Positions 1-12,179 of a DNA stretch of 64,000 bases are shown here, piece by piece. Where the stretch lies: assembly GCF_020745735.1 (NCBI RefSeq), contig NC_083421.1:52133001-52197000 (forward strand), given 5' to 3'. The position numbers and the translations under genes were made by a program. This stretch comes from Hemiscyllium ocellatum. Its lineage: Eukaryota. The notes below the pieces were generated by a model. It was not told where the DNA came from and did no database searches. It saw only the letters and a program-made list of their open reading frames with translations. How positions within the stretch are numbered: the first letter of the stretch is position 1; the number at the start of each line of letters is the position of its first letter.

Positions 1-199
1 TTGCATGTATATTCTACAATATATGGTTGAATTAAGCAGATTAATGATGTCCTGTTACCAGGGGTAACCAGCACATTACCTTATTCACTAGTATTAACAG
101 TTGAAGATGGATGGTTTGCAGCAGTGGTTGATTTTCCATGTGTTGAGATTTGGGAATATTTGAAATTGGAGCAGAAGTGTATCATTTGAGCCTCTCTTG

Positions 200-585
200 C
201 CTGCTCTATCATTCAATAAGATCATAACTGATTTGATTGTTGCCTCAACTCCACATTCCCACCCTTGCTTCCTTGATCTGCATCTGCCTTGAAAGCATTC
301 AATAACACAGTCTCCACAGCTCTCTGTGGAAGAGATTATCAAAGACTGATGACCTCTGAGAAAGAAAATGCCTCCTAATTTTAAATGATGTACCCTGGTT
401 CAAGTCTCTTCCACAAGAGGAAACATCTAGTAAGCAGTTGCCATGGCAAATTACCTCAGAATCTTACAAGGTTCAATAATATTACCTCTCATTCTTCTAA
501 ACTCCAATGGATAAAGGCCCCACCTGTCCAATCTTTCCTCATAAGGTAAGTGCCACCCATCTCATTGAGTGAACTGTTTCTGAAC
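200..585 (-). mobile_element. Old CR1 LINE 3' fragment (appears to resume at ~3190-3310)
   Basis: Degenerate reverse complement of the CR1 RT C-terminus/3' UTR seen in other copies in this window. Confidence 0.55.
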
Positions 586-589
586 TCTT

Positions 590-3185
590 ATAGCATAGCT
601 CTTCCAGTACAATCTGTAGCAATATGGCTTGGCATGTGCTCCACTCAACCATTACACTCAAGGCAGGGGATCAATTGAGAGTGCAAGGGGGCATGCTAGG
701 AACAACAACAGGAATAATCAAAGACAAATTATCAACCTGGAGAAGCTACCAAACAGGATAGCATGCCAAACAGCATAGGCATCAAGTAACAGACAGAGCT
801 CAGCAATCCCACAACTAAAAGATCAGATCTAAGCTCTGATCTAAGGTCTTGCTACATCTAGTCATGAATCATGGACAATTAAATAACTCACTGAAGGACA
901 AGTCTCCACAAATATTCGCATCCTCAGTGATGGAACAGTCCAACACATAAATGCAAAGTATAAAGCTGACGCATTCACTGTAATCTTCGGCGAAGTGTCA
1001 AATAGATGGTCCATCTTGACCTCCTCCAGTGGTCCCCAGTATCAACAATACCAATCATCAGCCAATTTGATTGACTCCGTGTGATAACCCAACTGATTGG
1101 AGGCATTGGATACTGCAAAGGCCCCTAACAATATTCCAGCAATAGGACTGAAGACTTGTGCTCCAGAACTTGCCGGTCCCCTAGCCAAGCTCCAGTATGG
1201 TTTCAACACTGGCATCTATCTAACAATTGGAATATTGCCCAGGTATGTCCTGTACACAAAATGCAGGACAAATCCAACCCAGCCAATTACCACCCCATCA
1301 GTCTACACTCAATCATCAGTAATGAGATGGAAGGTGTCATCAGCAATACCTACTCAGCAATAACGTGCTCAGTAATGATCAAGTTGGGATCCACCGATGC
1401 CACTCAGCTCCTGACCACATTACAACTTTGGTTCAAACATGGACAAACAAGCTGAATCCCAGAGGTGAGATGGGAGTGACAGCCCTTGTCATCAAGGCTG
1501 CATTTGATCATGTGTGGCATCAAGGGATCCCTAGCAAATCTGGAATCATGCATACACTCTGTTGGTTGGAGTCATATCTGACACGTTGCAGGTTAGTCTT
1601 CACAACTGCAGGATATCTCTGCAGGAGTGTCTTAGGATATAATGACCTTGCCTCCATCATTAGGTCAGAAGTGGGGATGTTCTCCAAAGATTGCACAATG
1701 TTCAGCACCATTCATGACACCTGGAGTACTGAAGCAGCCCATGTTCAAGTGCAACAAGCTCTGGACAATATCCTGGCTTGGGCTGAGAAGTGGCAAGTAA
1801 CATTCACACCACACAAATGCCAGGCAACAATGATGTCTAATAATAGACAACTAACCATCGCCCCTTAACACTCAGTGGTCTTACCATCACTGAATCCCTC
1901 ACTGTCAACATCTTTGGTAATATAATTGACAAGGAATTCAGCTGGACTCACCATATAAATACAGTGGCTACAAGAGCAGATCAAAAGCTAGGTATATTTC
2001 AGCAAATAACACACCTGACTCCACAGAGCCTGTTCACCATCTATAAGGCACAAGTCAGGAGTGTAATGGAATACTGCCTGCTTGCCTGGATGGGTACAGT
2101 ACCAACAACAATCAATAAGCTTGATACCATTCAGGAAAAAGCAGCCTGTTTGATTGGCACGACATCTGTAAATATCCACTGGGATGCTCTGGCAGTCAAA
2201 GACATTCAACCTCCGATCTTCAGGTGAGCATTCTCCAAGGTGGGCTTCAATATATGTAACAACACAAAATGGCTGAGCAGAGGCTGATAGCCAAGTTCTG
2301 TACCCATGAAGACAGCCTCAACCGTGATCTTGGGTTCATGTCACACTATAGGTAACCCCACCACACTATAAACTCCCGCAAAGAGACTCACATACTCTCA
2401 CTGGCACACTTATAAACACACAGACAGACAGACAGACACACACACACATTATTTCATTCAAGATTCTTTTCTGTCAAAAAAACGCCTGACCTCAGCTTAA
2501 AACAGACCAATTCAAAGCGGACCCTCACACCTAATGCGCATTGTCTAACCTGACGTGTCACCTCTTGTACATTGATAAAACCTTTGATTTTCCAGGGCAA
2601 AAGACTTGAAAGAAATCTGGATTTTGCATTTCAATCAGCAGTCTACCTCCTAACTGATTAAGGATTCAACAAGGGCAGCTAATTTTAAAGTTGTTAACTT
2701 TTTCCTTATAAATACTGTATCTTATACCTCTTAATCATACCACACCCAAGGAAGGAGCTGAGGTCTGAAAGCTTGCAATTTCAAATAAACCTGTTGGACT
2801 ATAACCTGGTATTATTTGATTTTTGACCTTGTCCTTCTATCACTGATGCTCAGAAGCAGCAGTCTGTCTGATCTACAATTAGCACTGCAGAAATGCACTA
2901 AATATCCTTCGACAGCATCTTTGAAATTCATGACCACTTCTATCTAGGAGGACAAGGGCATCGGATACATGGGAATATCACCATCTGCAAGTTCACCTCC
3001 AAGTCACTCACCATCCTGAATTGGAAATATATCACTGTTCCTTCACTGTCACTGGGTCAACCCAAGATACATGGACTGCAGCAGTTCGAGAAGGCAGCTC
3101 ACTTCCACCTTCACAAGGGCAACTAGGGATGGGCAAAAAATAGTGACCAACCAGCAACACTCAAGTCCTATGAATTAATTTTAAA
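590..3185 (+). mobile_element. Decayed CR1-clade LINE (RT region to 3' tail), interrupted by a PLE fragment
   Basis: ORF fragments PVHKMQDKSNPANYHPISLHS, IKAAFDHVWHQG, MFSKDCTM (FADD-like), WAEKWQVTF, YKAQVRSVMEY; tail ...aagggcaactagggatgggc. Confidence 0.85.
2180..2832 (+). mobile_element. Penelope-like element 3' fragment (family B): GIY-YIG C-terminus, (CA)n 3' UTR, degenerate hammerhead
   Basis: Reads VSILQGGLQ..KMAEQRLIAKFCTHEDSLNRDLGFMSHYR*. The tail aaataaacctgttggactataacctgg is shared with 10151-11525, 32560 and 53391. Confidence 0.8.
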
Positions 3186-3329
3186 ATTATATGTTTTCTT
3201 AAATGAAGCCAAAATTGTACATGTTACTCCTAATGAGGCCTCACCAATACAATACAAAGTTATAACAAAATACTACTTTCTATATTCCCTTGCCCTTGAA
3301 ATAAACAGCATTCTACCTGCATGGAGTAT

Positions 3330-3730
3330 TGGCCACCAGCAGATTGATATCATGGAAGTGGAACACCAGCCTGCAGAATTTGTCATAAGGAAGTTGTGAC
3401 ACTCTAGCTTTTCTCAAAACAAAAATGCCTTTATACAGGTTATCCAGGCAGCCATCATATTGTTTTTATTTTGCAACATTGAACCATAACCTCAGTGTTT
3501 GATCATTCACTATCATGCACACTTGGCTTATGATATTCTCCAAAACACCATTATTTCTGAACAATATTGACATAATCAATATCACAAGACCACAAGGATA
3601 ATCATTGAGTGGACCACAGGATTACTCGAAGAGTGGTTCAGATGTCTGGCCTATAGGTTTCCAATGACATTTCTTCGCAAAGATTCTCCTGCATCATTAC
3701 TGATTGCTGCATTCTGCACACCCTTTCCAC
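3330..3730 (+). mobile_element. Harbinger/PIF transposase relic
   Basis: Frame-broken motifs QVIQAAI, IEWTTGLLEEWFRCLA and IITDCCILH correspond to HARBI1-type VQGAID, IEQTIGLLKMRFRCLD and IIVVCCALHN. Confidence 0.6.
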
Positions 3731-5108
3731 CAAAGTTACTTGCACTTAGACCAGACATTTAGCAAAGACGATCAAGGTGAAAGTAAGCAACGTTAAAGGA
3801 GGATTACGTCATAAACTTGCTGTAAAAGATGTGTGCCGGTGTGCTCCAAAATGCACCACAGAAGTGTAGAACTGTCTTGCAATTGTCTTGAAAGATATGC
3901 TGCAAGTGAGGCTAATACATGTCAGATGCCAATATTCAGGAATGGTAGGTGCCTGCTGTCACTACCCATGTAACATGCTCTGATGGTCACTGATGTCCAA
4001 GATGGAGGGCCAAAGGAGCAAGCAGCAAGCTGGAGACACCAGGTAACCACTGACTTTCATGTTGAGAATTATAAGCATCTGATTTTTACCTGGTTTATGT
4101 GAGATTGGGGAACTGCATATAAATGTATTAATCTTGTTTAATTTGTAAACTGGTAAATCAGTACAGAAGTGAATTTATACTCCTAGGTAGGTATCTAATT
4201 TTTCTATTTGACAAACACGCATAAAATCTCAGGGAACACCTAGCCTGGTTATCTAGGCATTGTCAGTTATCCAAAGGAAAATATAATGCAGAGCAGGATT
4301 TTTTGGATGATTTGTTTTTTTTTCACCCATCAACCCAAGTGTCAGCAGATAACACACTCCTGCCATTACCAGCTGTCCCACAGCCATCAGATATACTGCA
4401 GGATGTTGATTGGCTAAGGCTGAGACTTCCTCCCCCATCTAGGATGAAGACCCTCCTTAGGGAGGGAAGTTTTGTAGTCCCAAGTTTGAACAGTAGCCAA
4501 GGCTGGGATTGCAGGAAAACTAAAGTAGAGGACATACTGGAGATCAGAGTGAAGGTAAGACTGGGCTATTAGTGGGACTAGGCAGGCTAGCTGGAGCAAG
4601 ATTTGAGAAGCTGGGGACAGCATTAGTATAAGAATGACCTGGGGAAAGGGGGTGCCCCTACTGGGTACAGGGGCCCCCAAAAGAATTATCTCCACCCCCA
4701 CCTGCCTGTCACCAGCCCATGCATCGACAGCTGCATGGCATACATGCCACAACAAAAGAGCAACTGATGTGAGGGTAGCCATTAATTGGCCTAGTGCTTT
4801 CATTGAACCCCATGGTATGGCACACAGGTTGGGGACAAGCATAGAGGTAAAGGGCAGGCCGTTTGCTAGATTTTATAAATGTCACCACTTATAAATCTAC
4901 CACTGGAACTGTGAAATTCTTCCCATAACTACAATTAAAAAAAGCATAATTTATCTCCAGCAACAAGAACATTGTAAATACAGGAAATCAATGCTATCAA
5001 AAAATCTCAAGATCCCAGGAGGTCATGGGAATCTGATTTGAAAGCTTATCCTGCAATTTGGTTATTATCTCTTTTCCACTTTGTTTTTAGCCAGGTTGTG
5101 CTATCTGA

Positions 5109-5355
5109 AGACAAAAACAGTAGTTGCTGGAAATGCTCAACATGTCTGGCAGCATCTATGAAGAGAAGTCAGAGTAAACATTTCAGGTCTGGTAACCTTG
5201 CCTCAGAAGTCAGAACTGGGTTCTGAGGAAGGGTCACCAGCCCCAAAACATTAACTCTGATTTCTCTTCACAGATGCCGCCAGACCTACTGACCTTTTCC
5301 AGCAACTTCTGGTTTTGTTTCTGATTTACAGCAGTTGTAATTCTTTTGGGTTTTA
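5109..5355. mobile_element. Mini palindromic PLE insertion (family C): two back-to-back hammerhead + tail units
   Basis: 5113-5208 is the reverse complement of 5218-5320. TSD tgtgctat[c/t]tga at 5097-5108 and 5356-5367. Core gtt-CTGAGGA-...-cAAAAcatt-aac. Confidence 0.8.
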
Positions 5356-5444
5356 TGTGCTATTTGAGAGGCTTTCAAGTTCTTCTATTTTATTGTGACA
5401 GAACATTTTCCAAAGCAATTTTAAAACCCTTTCTAGAAAGTTTA

Positions 5445-6780
5445 AGTTGGAGAGAATCCTGAGGGACAGGATGTACATGTATTTGGAAAGGCAAGGACTC
5501 ATTAGGGATAGTCAACATGGCTTTGTGCATGGGAAATCATGTCTCACAAACTTGATTGAGTTTTTTGAAGAAATAACAAAGAAGATTGATGAGGGCAGAG
5601 CAATAGATGTGATCTATATGGACTTCAGTAAGGCGTTCGACAAGGCTCCCCATGGAAGACTGATTAGCAAGGTTAGATCTCATGGAATACAGGGAGAACT
5701 AGCCATTTGGATACAGAACTGGCTCAAAGGTAAAGACAGAGGGTGGTGGTGAAGGGTTGTTTTTCAGACTGGAAGCCTGTGAGCAGTGGAGTGCCACAAG
5801 GATCGGTGCTGGGTCCTTTACCTTTTGTCATTTGCATAAATGATTTGGATGTGAGCATAAGAGGTACAGTTAGTAGGTTTGCAGATGACACCAAAATTGG
5901 AGGTGTAGTGGACAGTGAAGAGGGTTACCTCAGATTACAACATGATCATGACCAGATGGGCCAATGGGCTGAGAAGCGGCAGATGGAGTTCAATTCAGAT
6001 AAATGCGAGGTGCTGCATTTTGGGAAAGCAAATCTTAGCAGGACTTATACACTTAACGGTGAGGTCCTAGGGAGTGTTGCTGAACAACGAGACCTTGGAG
6101 TGCAGGTTCATAGTCCCTTGAAAGTGGAGTCGCAGGTAGGTAGGATAGTGAAGAAGGCATTTGGTATGCTTTCCTTCATTGGTCAGAGTATTGAGTACAG
6201 GAGTTGGGAGGTCATGTTGCGGATGTACAGGACATTGATTAGACCACTGTTGGAATATTGCGTGCAATTCTGGTCTCCTTCCTATCGGAAAGATGTTGTG
6301 AAACCTGAAAGGGTTCGGAAAAGTTATACAAGGATGTTGCCAGGGTTGGAGGATTTGAGCTACAGGGAGAGGCTGAACAGGCTGGGGCTGTTTTCCCTGG
6401 AACGTCGGAGGCTGAGGGGTGACCTTATAGAGGTTTACAAAATTATGCGGGGCATGGATAAGATTAATAGACAAAGTCGTTTCCCTGGGGTTGGGGAATC
6501 CGGAATTACAGGGCATAGATTTAGGGTGAGACGGGAAAGATATAAAAGAGACCTAAGGGGCAACTTTTTCATGCAGAGGGTGGTACGTGTATGGAATAAG
6601 TTGCCAGAGGATATGGTGGAGGCTGGTACAATTGCAACATTTAAGAGGCATTTGGATGGATATATGAATAGGGAGGGTTTGGAGGGATATGGGCCAGGAT
6701 ATGGGTTGGGATATCTGGTTGGCATGGACAGATTGGACCGAAGGGTCTGTTTCCATGCTGTACATCTCTATGACTCTGAA
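5445..6780 (+). mobile_element. Young CR1/HER1-type LINE, 5'-truncated, near-intact RT
   Basis: ORFs 5447..5752 and 5743..6783: QHGFVHGKSCLTNL, YMDFSKAFDK, GVPQGSVLGP, FADDTK, LEYCVQFWSP. One frameshift; tail ctctatgactct. Confidence 0.95.
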
Positions 6781-7014
6781 TAAGTTCTAAAACACAAGAC
6801 TATTATGTGCATAATCATATTTGGAATGTAACTTTAGAAGCTCCATATTATTGCAAAGTTTCAAAATACTTGGATGAAAAATTCTAATTCTGGCTCACCT
6901 ACCCATTCATAAATTTTTTTTTTATCCTTTTGGATATATTTGGCATTTGTTGAAGTCTAGATCTATACAGAAGACACTCAGGATAAATACAGAACAACCT
7001 TTTATTGTTTTTTA

Positions 7015-7212
7015 GTGATTAGATTAGACTTACAGTGTGGAAACAGGCCCTTCGGCCCAACAAGTCCACACCGACCCGCCGAAGCGAAACCCACCCATAC
7101 CCCTACATTTACCCCTTACCTAACACTACGGGCAATTTAGCATGGCCAATTCACCTGACCCGCACATCTTTGGACTGTGGGAGGAAACCGGAGCACCCGG
7201 AGGAAACCCACG
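7015..7212 (-). mobile_element. HE1-type V-SINE, 5'-truncated, abutting a short CR1 fragment (7213-7263)
   Basis: V-domain (rc gcgtgggtttcctccgggtgctccggtttcctcccacagtcc) and (TCTAA)n tail; highly similar to 31263-31545. Confidence 0.88.
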
Positions 7213-8166
7213 CTTGCCCCTTAGGTCTCTTTTATATCTTTCCTGTCTCACCCTAAATCTATGTTCATGAGTAAATACATTTGCTTCTTTAAATTTTTTG
7301 CCTTGAGAGTTTGTTTATAGTATTCGAAGACAGGAGTGTTAAGTTTTACAAGGTGAAGTATATCTTGAGTAAAAAGTTTATTTTGTATGAAATGCATTTG
7401 GAGCATTCATCATTTATTTTCATAGAGAACCGTGTTAGTTAATTGGAATCTGTAAGTTCCTTTAAATTCTTATTTCATCAATACTTGTCTTCAATATTGT
7501 GAATTAGCCTGTCACTACTCTACAATTCAAAACACATTGCAATTTTAATAAAGAGTGCTCTTGAGATAATATTTATATCTATAAATGTGGATTTTCACAG
7601 AGTGAGGTCTGGTAATACATTTACATTTACTTTAACAAGGGCATTTGGGAAATGACTATTTTCAGCTGTGCTATAGCATGCAGTCCTAAGAGTGAGTATT
7701 CTATTAGCAAGATGCTCTCATTTGTAACTAACGAGCCTGTGCTTTTTGCTGATTTTTATTGTTGTGTTAATTCTTATTCCTTTGCTTTATTTTATTAACA
7801 CTGTAGTTGCTTTTTATATTTTTACATTATTAGACTGATTGATTCAGTTTAGTAAATTTCTTCTCATTCTGCTATCTTACACTATGTCTGCAAGCAAAAG
7901 ACTAAAGCAAAAGTGATAGAGAACTCTAATTTATTTGCAAAATGGTATTTCTGGAGCTTGAAAAATATTTGCTGGATCCTATCTGAAAATTTATAGATTT
8001 AATTTCAATGAATTGAAGTTGCTTTGCAGATCTTATTGTTTCATTTTCCTAACATATTATCAATGCTTAATCACAAATATAATTACTCTATGAGTTTGAG
8101 TGTGGAAACACAAAAATACAGTCATAAAAGGTAAAGTCCTACTGGATCATTAGACTTCTTTCTCCT

Positions 8167-8207
8167 CAGACAGAGAGAGAGAGAGAGAAAAAAAGAGAGA
8201 GAGAGAG
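8167..8207. repeat. (GA)n microsatellite within a decayed SINE-like fragment (~8125-8325, minus)
   Basis: gagagagagagagag...gagagagagagagag. Confidence 0.8.
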
Positions 8208-9289
8208 GAATAATTGATGGTAGTTTAACCTGACGGTCACCATGCCTCAGGTAAGGGTTTGGGAAGGAGGGTCCATCACTCTGCAGCACAAACCAGCCAT
8301 CAAGTCAACTGAGCTGACTGACACCCAACACAATTATATTTGTAATGTAATCATAGTATATCCTCACATAATATGGAAATAAAAATGTTTAAAAATGAGC
8401 AGTTAAATTTGAATATTGTGCAAAGTAATTTAAAGAATTTCCAAATTCAGTCAGAAGTAAAGTTTTGTTTTCTAAAACTAGTGGGTTTATTGTGGAGGAT
8501 CATTTTAAAATACACATTTGAAAGAAAGATGAACAGGAATATGTTCCAGTACAATCACACAATCCTGTGTTGTCACTGGTAATTCTATTTTATTTCATCC
8601 ACATAATGCAGTAATTAATAGTTTAAGAATTAAGAATTTAAAGTGAAAAAGGCATTGAGAAAAAGGTCTAGAGACAGACATTGAAGTTTCAATGTCGAAG
8701 GTATTGAGCTGTAGATGGAGGCAGTTATTTGTAGAGGTGGAGATAAAAGCTCCTGCCAATGAGCAAGCTTTAAAGCTTAGTTTGGGGTTGAATAGGGATG
8801 TCGACGTTTCGCAACATGTGGCTCTCCCTGTGAATGGGGGATAGTCTGTATTCTTGCTACAGACAATGATGAGGATTGAAACCAGTAGCTTGGTAGTCAT
8901 TGAGCAAAGGCTGAATATTGGACATGGAGTCTAACACCATGGACCAATCAATGGAAGTGATCGAGATACCAATAGATGTCATTGACATACATTTCAGATG
9001 TGACCCTGTGGAGATGAGGAAAAGGAAGGTGCCAAGACTTTTAGAGGTATCATGCAGTGTTGGGATGAAAAACCACTCCTTTAGGTGTGTTACCTGCATT
9101 TACTCAGGTAGAAATAAATTCATACAAGAGAAAGGAGATAGTTAAAGATTGTACAGTCTATATAATTGCAGAGAGAGCAAGATAGGTACAGTCCTCCAAC
9201 ACTGTTCATCACTTTAGCCAGTGCAATCTCAGTGCTTTGAGATGGGCAAAGGAGAAGGAAAAAAAATCAAATAGGGAGTTATCCAGGGA

Positions 9290-9755
9290 ATTGGGAGGCA
9301 AGAGAGGCTTGTTAAGCTGGAACCTTTCTCTCTGGAGTGTAGAGGTTGAGGGGTGATCTTACAGAGGTTTACAAAATCATGAAGGGCATAAATAAGGTTA
9401 ATAACAAAGATTTCTTTTCCCCAGGGTGGGGAGTTCAAAACCGGAGGCTTAGGTTTAAGGTGAGAGAGGGAAAGTTTTAAAAGGGACCTGAGAGGTAACC
9501 TTTTCACACAGAAGGTGGTGCGTATAGAGAATAAACTGCCAGAGGAAGTGGTATGAGCAAATGCAGTTACAACATTTAAATGACGTTTGGATAGGTACTG
9601 CTCCTCGGATGCTGCCTGACCTGCTGTGCTTTTCCAGCACCACTCTAATCTAGACATGAATAGGAAAGGTTCAGAGAGATTATGGTCCAAATGCAGGCAA
9701 GTGAGATAGGATTGGGGACACCAAAGGATCTATTTCCATGCTGAATGACTCTATG
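9290..9755 (+). mobile_element. CR1 3' fragment with a ~60 bp PLE family A tail inserted at ~9597-9655
   Basis: LFSLE.RLRGDL.EVYKIM-type sequence. The CR1 motif ttggataggtac|atgaatagg is split by tgctcctcggatgctgcctgacctgctgtgc. Confidence 0.8.
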
Positions 9756-10150
9756 AAATATATATGACCTTTACAGAGATCAGAAATTAGAAGAGAGTAG
9801 ATACATGAGATATAGATTTAAACAGTGCTTCTAGATAGGATACCTACTGAAATGTTCAATGACTCTATAATGATGTGGGAAAATGGTGATAATCAAGTGA
9901 GACTGAAGATTTAAAAACATTTTAATGAAGTGGTGAATACATGAAAAATAGTCTAACCAAAAATACTAAATGCTATTCTACTTTCTCCCATTCAGAAAAT
10001 ATTGAGTAAAGGTTCTTTGTAGCAAAACTCAGGTGCTTGAAAAATTTCTGAAACATAACAGTTCATTCAATCTTGGAAAAGTGAACGAGGGCTTGTAGAT
10101 CAATACTGAATAGAAGTTAAATTTGGTTCATAGAGGTATAAATATTCAGG

Positions 10151-10859
10151 TTTGGAAGTGCCGGACTGGGGTGGACAAAGTTAGAAATCACACCACACCA
10201 AGTTATAGTCTAACAGGTTTATTTGGAGGCACTAGCTTTTGGAGCGCTGCTTCTTCATCAGGTGGTTGTGGAGCAGAATCATATGACACAGAATTTATAG
10301 CAACAGGATTACAGTGTCATAGAATGTAATATTAAAGAAATTTAGCTTGAGTCTTTCACCTTTTAGAATGATCATGTTAGTTTCAGTTCCTTCATATGTA
10401 AATCCCAGAACCTTTTTAAAGTTACATTCTTGAGATAGCTTTTAACAATAGGTGCCATCTCAGCTCAGATAACGCATTGAAGGTGTGAGGTTAGAGTCTG
10501 TCTGTGTCCTAATATTAAGTCAGACTGATTCTAATTCTGAACTGGGATTTACAGACTTTTTCATGGATTTATGCAGTTTTTGAGTAAAATAAAATGTAAT
10601 TCTGCAATTATAAATTCACCCCACAAACTTATATGTGTGTGAGTGCAGGGGAGACCGAGTGAGTGTGTACATGTGGATGTGTCTGTGGGGGTGTGAATGT
10701 CTGAGAGAGTGTGTGTACCATTCTCCAAGGCAGACCTCAGGACAGGCAACAACGCAAAGTGGCTGAGCAGAGGATGATGGCCTCAACTGGGACCTTGGGT
10801 TCTTGGCGCACTACAGGTGACTCCATTGCACTATACACACAAACACAAGCATGTGCATG

Positions 10860-10899
<40 letters not shown>

Positions 10900-11525
10900 C
10901 TCTCATACACAAACTCTCCCTCAAACGCTCGCACATATACCCCCACATTGAAACCCATACACGCACCCTCTCACAGACTTATACCCTATTACATTCACAC
11001 ACACATACACTTTCTCTCACCGACACGCACACCCCCATATGCATACTCACTCAGTTTCCCCTGCATATACACACATACATACAAGTTTGTGGGGTGAATT
11101 TGTAATTGCAGAATTACATTTTATTTTGCTCAAAAACTGTATAAATCCATGTAAATTTCTGTAAATCCCACTTTAGAAATAGAATCAGTCTGACCTAACA
11201 TTAGAACACAGACAGACTTTAACTTCACACCTTCAATGCAATATCTAAGCTGAGATGGCATCATTGTTAAAAGCTATTCCGAGAATGTAACTTTAAAAAA
11301 GTTCTTGGATTTACATGTGAAGGAACCAAAACCAACATGATCATTCTAAAAGATGAAAGACTCAAACTAAATTTGTTTAATATTGTTTAATTTGTATAAT
11401 CCTGTTGCTATAAATTCTGTGCATATGATTCTGCTCCACAATCACCTGATGAAGGAGCAGCACTCCAAATGTTAGTACTTTCAAATAAACCTGTTAAACA
11501 CACCTGGTGTTGTGTGTTTTTGAAC
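10151..11525. mobile_element. Palindromic PLE insertion (family B), ~450-500 bp inverted arms, central GIY-YIG C-terminus and (CA)n
   Basis: ~10180-10630 is the reverse complement of ~11080-11525. TSD taaatattc[a/t]gg at 10139-10150 and 11526-11537. Centre encodes TILQGRPQDRQQRKVAEQRMMA; decayed hammerheads at 10230-10264 (-) and 11443-11477 (+). Confidence 0.88.
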
Positions 11526-11923
11526 TAAATATTCTGGGGTTTACTTGAATACATGTGGGATTAGAGAAATTTCATAGAGTTTATTTTAATGGTTGTTTAC
11601 TCCTTGATGATTGGTGGGTAATGTAGAAGCAAAATATTTTTCTGAAGTTGAGGTTAAGATGTAATTTTGAGTGAAGTTTAAACTTACTCAAAACCTATTC
11701 AGTCATAGAGTTGAAAGCCAAGTCTTATGTATGGGAGAACTTGATGTGGATGCAATGTGTTGAGTCAGAAAGTTACCAATTTCTGAATTATGAAACTAAC
11801 TTTGTGATCTTAACAAAGTTGTATGGTATGTTTTATATCATCCTATGTAGTAAATTCTAAAACATACTTCCCTTTCATATCGCTAATTGTAACAAAGTGC
11901 CCTTTGGTTGTTTGTTGTCTCAG

Positions 11924-12005
11924 GGTTGGATCCTAGTGGGTTTCCCAAAAACTAGAGAACAGGCACTTGCATTACAAGAAATGGGAATTGCGCCAGAACA
12001 TGTTG
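11924..12005 (+). CDS. AK8: Adenylate kinase 8, internal coding exon (82 nt; [27 protein letters not shown])
   Basis: Preceded by tttgttgtctcag and followed by gtaag. The translation aligns to the AK8 segment [27 protein letters not shown]. It ends in phase 1 and joins the next exon in frame. Confidence 0.93.
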
Positions 12006-12179
12006 GTAAGTTATCATGGATAAGAATATTAACTAAAAGCAAAGTCTTAAAAATTAATCTTAAAAATAGGATGAAGTCATCAGATTATTGCACCCCAGAA
12101 AAAGAAATTTAATTCCACATTTTTCCCTTAAATTGTTGTTATAATAAAACTATTCATAGCCATCAACTGGATTCCACAT

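Noticed and set aside
4250-4930. GC-rich block (similar one at ~32800-33430) as possible Harbinger-derived non-autonomous element
   Set aside because: Termini and TSD too degenerate to support a call from sequence alone.
5743-6783. 346-aa ORF as a host gene
   Set aside because: It is the CR1 reverse transcriptase, 5'-truncated and frameshifted.
7666-7691. Possible small exon ttttcag|...|gtgagt
   Set aside because: 26 nt, frame-shifting, no AK8 similarity. The preceding AK8 exon was not found in 1-11900 and is presumably upstream.
10711-11105. His/Thr-repeat ORFs
   Set aside because: Translation of the (CA)n tract in the PLE 3' UTR.
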